From Mobula hypostoma (taxonomy: Eukaryota), in NCBI RefSeq assembly GCF_963921235.1, contig NC_086100.1, positions 201,936,001-202,000,000 on the forward strand: a stretch of DNA of 64,000 bases. Reading direction: 5' to 3'. The position numbers and the translations under genes were made by a program. The notes below the pieces were generated by a model. It was not told the origin of the DNA. It did not search any database and saw only the letters and a program-made list of their open reading frames with translations. Positions 29,701 through 40,770 of the stretch are shown here, piece after piece (position 1 is the first letter of the stretch; the number at the start of each line of letters is the position of its first letter).

Positions 29701-32700
29701 GGTTTGTGTTGACTGTGCTGTTTATACACGGGGAACGTGAAGCTGTACTGTTTGTGTTGACTGTGGTGTTTATACACAGGGAACGGGAAGCTGAACGATT
29801 TGTGTTGACTGTGGTGTTTATACACGGGGAACATGTAGCTGAACGGTTTGTGTTGACTGGTGTTTATACACAGGAAACGTGAAGCTGAACGGTTTGTGTT
29901 CACTGTGGTGTTTATACACAGGGAACGGGAAGCTGAATAGTTTGTGTTGACTGTGGTGTTTGTACACAGGAAACGTGAAGCTGAACGGTTTGTGCTGACT
30001 GTGGTGTTAAAACACAGGGAACGTGAAGCTGCACGGTTTGTGTTCACTGGTGTTTATACACAGGGAACGGGAAGCTGAACGGTTTGTGTTGACTGTGGTG
30101 TTAAAACACAGGGAACGTGAAGCTGCACCGTTTGTGTTCACTGGTGTTTATACACAGGGAACGGGAAGCTGAACGGTTTGCGTTGACTGGTGTTTACACA
30201 CAGGGAACGTGAAGCTGAACCGTTTGTGTTGACTGTGGTGTTTATACACAGGGAACGTGAAGCTGAACGCTTTGTGTTGACTGTGGTTTTTATACACAGG
30301 GAATGTGAAGCAGAACTGTTTGTGTTGACTGTGGTGTTTATACACAGGGAACGGGAAGCTGAACGATTTGTGTTGACTGTGGTGTATATACACGGGGAAC
30401 ATGTAGCTGAACGGTTTGTGTTGACTGTGGTGTTTATACACAGGAAACGGGAAGCTGAACGGTTTGTGTTGGCTGTGGTGTTTATACACAGGAAACGGGA
30501 AGCTGAACGGTTTGTGTTGACTGTGGTGTTGATACACAGGAAACGGGAAGCTGAACAGTTTGTGTTGACTGGTGTTTATACACATGGAACGTGAAGCTGA
30601 ACGGTTTGTGTTGACTGTGGTGTTTATACACAGGGAACGTGAAGCTGAACGGTTTGTGTTGACTGGTGTTTGTACACAGGGAACAGAAAGCTGAACGGTT
30701 TGTGTTGACTGGTGTTTATACACAGGGAACATCAAGCTGAACAGTTTGTGTTGACTCGTGTTTATACACAGGAAACGTGAAGCTGAACGGTTTGTGTTGA
30801 CTGTGGTGTTTGTACACAGGAAACGTGAAGCTGAACGGTTTGTGTTGACTGTGGTGTTTATACACAGGGAACGTGAAGCTGAACGGTTTGTGTTGACTGT
30901 GGTGTTTATACACAGGGAACAGGAAGCTGAACGGTTTGTGTTGACTGGTGTTTATACACAGGGAACGTGAAGCTGAACGGTTTGTGTTGACTGTGGTGTT
31001 TATACACAGGGAACGGGAAGCTGAACGGTTTGTGTTGACTGTGGTGTTTATACACAGGAAACGTGAAGCTGAACGGTTTGTGTTGACTGTGGTGTTTATA
31101 CACAGGGAACGTGAAGCTGAACAGTTTGTGTTGACTGGTGTTTATACACAGGGAACGGGAAGCTGAACGGTTTGTGTTGACTGTGGTGTTTATACACAGG
31201 GAACGTGAAGCTGAACGGTTTGTGTTGACTGTGGTGTTTATACACAGGAAACGTGAAGCTGAACAGTTTGTGCTGACTGTGGTGTTTATACACAGGAAAC
31301 GGGAAGCTGAACGGTTTGTGTTGACTGTGGTGTTTATACACAGGGAACGTGAAGCTGAACGGTTTGTGTTGACTGGTGTTTATACACAGGGAACAGAAAG
31401 CTGAACGGTTTGTGTTGACTGGTGTTTATACACAGGGAACATGAAGCTGAACAGTTTGTGTTGACTAGTGTTTATACACAGGAAACGTGAAGCTGAACGG
31501 TTTGTGTTGTCTGGTGTTTATACACAGGGAACGGGAAGCTGAACGGTTTGTGTTGTCTGGTGTTTATACACAGGGAACGGGAAGCTGAACGGTTTGTGTT
31601 GACTGGTGTTTATACACAGGGAACGGGAAGCTGAACGGTTTGTGTTGAGTGGTGTTTATACACAGGGAACGTGAAGCTGAACGATTTGTGTTGACTGTGG
31701 TGTTTATACACAGGGAACGTGAAGCTGAACGGTTTGTGTTGACTGGTGTTTATACACAGGAAACGTGAAGTTGAACGGTTTGTGTTGGCTGGTGTTTATA
31801 CATAGGGAATGTGAAGCTGACCGGTTTGTGTTTTATACACAGGGAACGTGAAGCTGAACGCTTTGTGTTGACTGTGGTGTTTATACACGGGGAACATGAA
31901 GCTGAACGGTTTGTTTTGACTGGTGTTTATACACAGGGAACGGGAAGCTGAACGGTTTGTGTTGACTGGTGTTTATACACAGGAAAGGTGAAGCTGTACG
32001 GTTTGTGTTGACTGTGGTGTTTATACACAGAAAACGGGAAGCTGAACGGTTTGTGTTGACTGTGGTGTTTATACACAGGGAAATGTGAAGCTGAACGGTT
32101 TGTGTTGATTGTGGTGTTTATACACAGGGAACGGGAAGCTGAACGGTTTGTGTTGACTGTGGTGTATATACACGGGGAACATGTTGCTGAACGGTTTGTG
32201 TTGACTGTGGTGTTTATACCCAGGGAACGGGAAGCTGAACGGTTTGTGTTGACTATGGTGTTTATACACAGAGAACGGGAAGCTGAACGGTTTCTGTTGA
32301 CTGCTGTTTATACTTAGGGAATGTGAAGCTGAACAGTTTGTGTTTTATACACAGTGAACGTGAAGCTGAACGGTTTGTGTTGACTGGTGTTTATACACAG
32401 GGAACGGGAAGCTGAACGGTTTGTGTTGACTGGTGTTTATGCACAGAGAACGGGAAACTGAACGGTTTGTGTTGACTGGTGTTTATACATGGGGAACGGG
32501 AAGCTGAACGCTTTGTGTTGACTGGTGTTTATACACAGGGAACGTGAAGCTGAACGGTTTGTGTTGACTGTGGTGTTTATACACAGGAAACGGGAAGCTG
32601 AACGGTTTGTGTTGACTGTGGTGTTTATACACAGGAAACGGGAAGCTGAACGGTTTGTGTTGACTGTGGTGTTTATACACAGGGAACAGGAAGCTGAACG

Positions 32701-35700
32701 GTTTGTGTTGACTGGTGTTTATACACAGGGAACGTGAAGCTGAACAGTTTGTGTTGACTGGTGTTTATACACAGGGAACGGGAAGCTGAACTGTTTGTGT
32801 TGACTGGTGTTTATACACAGGGAACGTGAAGCTGAACGGTTTGTCTTGACTGTGGTGTTTATACACAGGGAACGTGAAGCTGAACGGTTTGTGTTGACTG
32901 TGGTGTTTATACACAGGGAACGGGAAGCTGAACGGTTTGTGTTGACTGTGGTGTTTATACACAGGGAACGTGAAGCTGAACGGTTTGTGTTGACTGGTGT
33001 TTATACACAGGGAACGTGAAGCTGAACGGTTTGTGTTGACTGTGGTGTTTATACACAGGGAACGGGAAGCTGAACAGTTTGTGTTGACTGTGGTGTTTAT
33101 ACACAGGAAACGTGAAGCTGAACGGTTTGTGCTGACTGTGGTGTTAAAACACAGGGAACGTGAAGCTGCACGGTTTGTGTTCACTGGTGTTTATACACAG
33201 GGAACGGGAAGCTGAACGGTTTGTGTTGACTGTGGTGTTAAAACACAGGGAACGTGAAGCTGCACCGTTTGTGTTCACTGGTGTTTATACACAGGGAACG
33301 GGAAGCTGAACGGTTTGCGTTGACTGGTGTTTACACACAGGGAACGTGAAGCTGAACCGTTTGTGTTGACTGTGGTGTTTATACACAGGGAACGTGAAGC
33401 TGAACGGTTTGTGTTGACTGGTGTTTATACACAGGGAACGGGAAGCTGAACGGTTTGTGTTGACTGGTGTTTATACACAGGGAACGGGAAGCTAAACGAT
33501 TTGTGTTGACTGGTGTTTATACACAGGGAACGTGAAGCTGAACGGTTTGTGTTGACTGGTGTTTATACACAGGAAACGTGAAGCTAAACGGTTTGTGTTG
33601 ACTGGTGGTTATACACAGGGAACAGGAATCTGAACAGTTTGTGTTGACTGGTGTTTATACACAGGGAACGTGAAGCTGAACTGCTTGTGTTGACTGGTGT
33701 TTATACACAGGAAAGGTGAAGCTGTACGGTTTGTGTTGACTGTGGTGTTTATACACAGAAAACGGGAAGCTGAACGGTTTGTTTTGACTGTGATGTTTAT
33801 ACACAGGGAAATGTGAAGCTGAACGGTTTGTGTTGATTGTGGTGTTTATACACAGGGAACAGGAAGCTGAACGGTTTGTGTTGACTGGTGTTTATACACA
33901 GGGAACGTGAAGGTGAACCATTTGTGTTGACTGTGGTGTTTATATACAGGGAACGGGAAGCTGAACGGTTTGTGTTGTCTGGTGTTTATACACAGGGAAC
34001 GGGAAGCTGAACGGTTTGTGTTGACTGGTGTTTATACACAGGAAACGTGAAGCTGAACGGTTTGTGTTGACTGTGGTGTTTATACACAGGGAACGTGAAG
34101 CTGAACGGTTTGTGTTGACTGTGGTGTTTATACACAGGGAACGGGAAGCTGATCTGTTTGTGTTGACTGGTGTTTATACACAGGGAACGGGAAGCTAAAC
34201 TGTTTGTGTTGACTGTGGTGTTTATACACAGGAAACGTGAAGCTGAACAGTTTGTGTTGACTGGTGTTTATACACAGGAAACGTGAAGCTAAGCTGTTTG
34301 TGTTGACTGTGGTGTTTATATACAGGGAACGGGAAGCTGAACGGTTTGTGTTGACTGGTGTTTAAACACAGGAAACGTGAAGCTGAACGCTTTGTGTTGA
34401 CTGTGGTGTTTATACACAGGGAACCGGAAGCTGAACGGTTTGTTTTGACTGGTGTTTATACACAGGGAATGGGAAGCTGAACGGTTTGTGTTGACTGGTG
34501 TTTATACGCAGGGAACGGGAAGCTGAACGGTTTGTTTTGACTGTGGTGTTTATACACAGGGAACAGGAAGCTGAACGGTTTGTGTTGACTGGTGTTTATA
34601 CACAGGAAACTTCAAGCTGTACGGTTTGTGTTGACTGTGGTGTTTATATACAGGAAACGGGAAGCTGAACGGTTTGTGTTGACTATGGTGTTTATACATA
34701 GGGAACGTGAAGCTGAACAGTTTGTGTTGACTGGTGTTTATACACAGGGAACGGGAAGCTGAACAGTTTGTGTTGACTGGTTTTTATACACAGGGAACGT
34801 GAAGCTGAACGGTTTGTGTTGACTGTGGTGTTTATACACAGGGAACGTGAAGTTGAACGGTTTGTGTTGACTGTGGTGTTTATACACGGAACGGGAAGCT
34901 GAACGGTTTGTGTTGACTGGTGTTTATACACAGGGAATGGGAAGCTGAACGGTTTGTGTTGACTGGTGTTTATACACAGGGAACGTGAAGCTGAACGGTT
35001 TGTGTTGACTGGTGTTTATACACAGGGAACGGGAAGCTGAACGGTTTGTGTTGACTGGTGTTTATACACAGGGAACGTGAAGCTGAACGGTTTGTGTTGA
35101 CTGTGGTGTTTATACACAGGGAACGTGAAGTTGAACGGTTTGTGTTGACTGTGGTGTTTATACACGGAACGGGAAGCTGAACGGTTTGTGTTGACTGGTG
35201 TTTATACACAGGGAATGGGAAGCTGAACGGTTTGTGTTGACTGGTGTTTATACGCAGGGAACGGGAAGCTGAACGGTTTGTGTTGACTGTGGTGTTTATA
35301 CACAGGGAAGAGGAAGCTGAACGGTTTGTGTTGACTGGTGTTTATACACAGGAAACGTGAAGCTGTACGGTTTGTGTTGACTGTGGTTATATACAGGAAA
35401 CGGGAAGCTGAACGGTTTGTGTTGACTGTGGTGTTTATACACAGGGAACGTGAAGCTGAACAGTTTGTGTTGACTGGTGTTTATACACAGGGAACGGGAA
35501 GCTGAACGGTTTATGTTGACTGGTTTTTATACACAGGGAACGTGAAGCTGAACGGTTTGTGTTGACTGTGGTGTTTATACACAGGGAACGTGAAGCTGAA
35601 CGGTTTGTGTTGACTGTGGTGTTTATACACAGGAAACGTGAAGCTGAACGGTTTGTGTTGGCTGGTGTTTATACATAGGGAACATGAAGCTGTACGGTTT

Positions 35701-38700
35701 GTGTTGACTGGTGTTTATACACAGGGAACGGGAAGCTGAACGGTTTGTGTTGACTGTGGTGTTTATACACAGGGAACGTGAAGCTGAACGGTTTGTGTTG
35801 ACTGTGGTGTTTATACACAGGGAACGTGAAGCTGAACGGTTTGTGTTGACTGTGGTGTTTATACACAGGGAACGGGAAGCTGAACGATTTGTGTTGACTG
35901 TGGTGTTTATACACGGGGAACATGCAGCTGAACGGTTTGTGTTGACTGTGGTGTTTATACACAGGGAACGTGAAGCTGAACGGTTTGTGTTGACTGTGGT
36001 ATTTATACACAGGGAACGGGAAGCTGAACAGTTTGTGTTGACTGGTGTTTATACACAGAGAACAGGAAGCTGAAAGTTTGTGTTGACTGGTGTTTATACA
36101 CAGGAAACGTGAAGTTGTACGGTTTGTGTTGACTGTGGTGTTTATATACAGGGAACGGGAAGCTGAACTGTTTGTGTTGACTGGTGTTTAAACACAGGAA
36201 ACGTGAAGTTGAACGGTTTGTGTTGGCTGGTGTTTATACATAGGGAATGTGAAGTTGAACGGTTTGTGTTGACTGTGGTGTTTATACACAGGGAACGGGA
36301 AGCTGAACGGTTTGTGTTGACTGGTGTTTATACATAGGGAATGTGAAGCTGAACGGTTTGTGTTTTATACACAGGGAATGTGAAGCTGAACGCTTTGTGT
36401 TGACTGTGGTGTTTATACACAGGGAACGTGAAGCTGAACGCTTTGTGTTGACTGTGGTGTTTATACACGGAACGGGAAGCTGAACGGTTTGTGTTGACTG
36501 GTGTTTATACACAGGGAATGGGAAGCTGAACGGTTTGTGTTGACTGGTGTTTATACGCAGGGAACGGGAAGCTGAACGGTTTGTGTTGACTGTGGTGTTT
36601 ATACACAGGGAAGAGGAAGCTGAACGGTTTGTGTTGACTGGTGTTTATACACAGGAAACGTGAAGCTGTACGGTTTGTGTTGACTGTGGTTATATACAGG
36701 AAACGGGAAGCTGAACGGTTTGTGTTGACTGGTGTTTATACACAGGGAACGGGAAGCTGAACGGTTTATGTTGACTGGTTTTTATACACAGGGAACGTGA
36801 AGCTGAACGGTTTGTGTTGACTGTGGTGTTTATACACAGGGAACGTGAAGCTGAACGGTTTGTGTTGACTGTGGTGTTTATACACAGGAAACGTGAAGCT
36901 GAACGGTTTGTGTTGGCTGGTGTTTATACATAGGGAACATGAAGCTGTACGGTTTGTGTTGGCTGGTGTTTATACACAGGGAACGGGAAGCTGAACGGTT
37001 TGTGTTGACTGTGGTGTTTATACACAGGGAACGTGAAGCTGAACGGTTTGTGTTGACTGGTGTTTATACACAGGGAACGGGAAGCTGAACGCTTTGTGTT
37101 GACTGTGGTGTATATACACGGGGAACATGTCGCTGAACGGTTTGTGTTGACTGTGGTGTTTATACACAGGGAACAGGAAGCTGAACGGTTTGTCTTGACT
37201 GTGGTGTTTATACACAGGGAACAGGAAGCTGAACAGTTTGTGTTGACTGGTGTTTATACACAGGGAACGTGAAGCTGAACAGTTTGTGTTGACTGGTGTT
37301 TATACACAGGGAACGGGAAGCTGAACGGTTTGTGTTGACTGTGGTGTTTATACACAGGGAACGTGAAGCTGAACGGTTTATGACTGTGGTGTTTATACAC
37401 AGGAAACGTGAAGCTGAACAGTTTGTGCTGACTGTGGTGTTTATACACAGGAAACGGGAAGCTGAACGGTTTGTGTTGACTGTGGTGTTTATACACAGGG
37501 AACGTGAAGCTGAACGGTTTGTGTTGACTGGTGTTTATACACAGGGAACGGGAAGCTGAACGGTTTGTGTTGACTGGTGTTTATACACAGGGAACATGAA
37601 GCTGAACAGTTTGTGTTGACTAGTGTTTATACACAGGAAACGTGAAGCTGAACGGTTTGTGTTGTCTGGTGTTTATACACAGGGAACGGGAAGCTGAACG
37701 GTTTGTGTTGTCTGGTGTTTATACACAGGGAACGGGAAGCTGAACGGTTTGTGTTGACTGGTGTTTATACACAGGGAACGGGAAGCTGAACGGTTTGTGT
37801 TGAGTGGTGTTTATACACAGGGAACGTGAAGCTGAACGATTTGTGTTGACTGTGGTGTTTATACACAGGGAACGTGAAGCTGAACGGTTTGTGTTGACTG
37901 GTGTTTATACACAGGAAACGTGAAGTTGAACGGTTTGTGTTGGCTGGTGTTTATACATAGGGAATGTGAAGCTGACCGGTTTGTGTTTTATACACAGGGA
38001 ACGTGAAGCTGAACGCTTTTTGTTGACTGTGGTGTTTATACACGGGGAACATGAAGCTGAACGGTTTGTTTTGACTGGTGTTTATACACAGGGAACGGGA
38101 AGCTGAACGGTTTGTGTTGACTGGTGTTTATACACAGGAAAGGTGAAGCTGTACGGTTTGTGTTGACTGTGGTGTTTATACACAGAAAACGGGAAGCTGA
38201 ACGGTTTGTTTTGACTGTGATGTTTATACACAGGGAAATGTGAAGCTGAACGGTTTGTGTTGATTGTGGAGTTTATACACAGGAAACGGGAAGCTGAACG
38301 GTTTGTGTTGACTGTGGTGTTTATACACAGGAAACGTGAAGCTAAACGGTTTCTGTTGACTGCTGTTTATACTTAGGGAATGTGAAGCTGAACAGTTTGT
38401 GTTTTATACACAGGGAACGTGAAGCTGAATGCTTTGTGTTGACTGTGGTGTTTATACACAGGGAACGGGAAGCTGAACGCTTTGTGTTGACTGTGGTGTT
38501 TATACACGGGGAACATGTAGCTGAACAGTTTGTGTTGACTGGTGTTTATACACAGGGAACGGGAAGCTGAACGCTTTGTGTTGACTGTGGTGTTTATACA
38601 CATGAAATGGGAAGCTGAACAGTTTGTGTTGACTGGTGTTTATACACAGGAAACGTGAAGCTGAACAGTTTGTGTTTACTGGTGTTTATACATAGGGAAC

Positions 38701-40632
38701 GTGAAGTTGAACGGTCTGTGTTGACTGGTGTTTATACACAGGGAACAGAAAGCTGAACGGTTTGTGTTGACTGGTGTTTATACACAGGGAACATGAAGCT
38801 GAACAGTTTGTGTTGACTAGTGTTTATACACAGGAAACGTGAAGCTGAACGGTTTGTGTTGTCTGGTGTTTATACACAGGGAACGGGAAGCTGAACGGTT
38901 TGTGTTGACTGTGGTGTTTATACACAGGGAACGTGAAGCTGAACGGTTTGTGTTGACTGTGGTGTTTATACACAGGGAACAGGAAGCTGAACGGTTTGTG
39001 TTGACTGGTGTTTATACACAGGGAACGTGAAGCTGAACAGTTTGTGTTGACTGGTGTTTATACACAGGGAACGGGAAGCTGAACGGTTTGTGTTGACTGG
39101 TGTTTATACACAGGGAACGTGAAGCTGAACCATTTGTGTTGACTGTGGTGTTTATATACAGGGAACGGGAAGCTGAACGGTTTGTGTTGTCTGGTGTTTA
39201 TACACAGGGAACGGGAAGCTGAACGGTTTGTGTTGACTGGTGTTTATACACAGGGAACGTGAAGCTGAACGGTTTGTGTTGACTGTGGTGTTTATACACA
39301 GGGAACGGGAAGCTGATCTGTTTGTGTTGACTGGTGTTTATACACAGGGAACGGGAAGCTGAACAGTTTGTGTTGACTGGTGTTTATACACAGGAAATGT
39401 GAAGCTAAACTGTTTGTGTTGACTGTGGTGTTTATATACAGGGAACGGGAAGCTGAACGGTTTGTGTTGACTGGTGTTTAAACACAGGAAACGTGAAGCT
39501 GAACGGTTTGTGTTGGCTGGTGTTTATACACAGGAAATGTGAAGCTGAACGGTTTGTGTTGACTGTGGTGTTTATACACAGGGAACGGGAAGCTGAACGG
39601 TTTGTGTTGACTGGTGTTTATACATAGGGAATGTGAAGCTGAACGGTTTGTGTTGACTGTGGTGTTTATACACAGGGAACGTGAAGCTGAACGGTTTGTG
39701 TTGACTGTGGTGTTTATACACAGGGAACGTGAAGCTGAACGCTTTGTGTTGACTGTGGTGTTTATACACGGAACGGGAAGCTGAACGGTTTGTGTTGACT
39801 GGTGTTTATACACAGGGAACGGGAAGCTGAACGGTTTGTGTTGACTGGTGTTTATACGCAGGGAACGGGAAGCTGAACGGTTTGTGTTGACTGTGGTGTT
39901 TATACACAGGGAAGAGGAAGCTGAACGGTTTGTGTTGACTGGTGTTTATACACAGGAAACGTGAAGCTGTACGGTTTGTGTTGACTGTGGTGTTTATATA
40001 CAGGAAACGGGAAGCTGAACGGTTTGTGTTGACTATGGTGTTTATACACAGGGAACGTGAAGCTGAACAGTTTGTGTTGACTGGTGTTTATACACAGGGA
40101 ACGGGAAGCTGAACGGTTTGTGTTGACTGGTTTTTATACACAGGGAACGTGAAGCTGTACGGTTTGTGTTGACTGTGGTGTTTATATACAGGAAACGGGA
40201 AGCTGAACGGTTTGTGTTTTATACACAGGAAACGGGAAGCTGAATGGTTTGTGTTGTCTATGGTGTTTATACACAGGGAACGTGAAGCTGAACAGTTTGT
40301 GTTGACTGGTGTTTATACACAGGGAACGGGAAGCTGAACGGTTTGTGTTGACTGGTTGTTTATACACAGGGAACGTGAAGTTGAACGGTTTGTGTTGACT
40401 GTGGTGTTTATACACAGGAAACGGGAAGCTTAACAGATTTTGTTGACTGGTGTTTAAACACAGGAAATGTGAAGTTGAACGGTTTGTGTTGGCTGGTGTT
40501 TATACACAGGGAACATGAAGCTGAATGGTTTGTGTTGACTGTGGTGTTAATACACAGGGAACGTGAAGCTGAACGGTTTGTGTTGACTGTGGTGTTTATA
40601 CACAGGGAACGTGAAGCTAAACCGTTTGTGTT

Positions 40633-40770
40633 ACCTAGAAACATAGAAACATAGAAAATAGGTGCAGGAGTAGGCCATTCGGCCCTTCGAGCCTGCACCG
40701 CCATTTATTATTATCATGGCTGATCATCCAACTCAGAACCCCGCCCCAGCCTTCCCTCCATACCCCCTGA
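40633..40770 (-). mobile_element. 138-bp CR1 3' end in satellite, copy 9
   Basis: Same junctions; gagcctgcacc variant. Confidence 0.9.

Noticed and set aside
7903..40770. CRISPR-like array (constant 138-bp element between variable stretches)
   Set aside because: Eukaryotic intron with no cas genes. The stretches are satellite and the constant element is a LINE 3' end.
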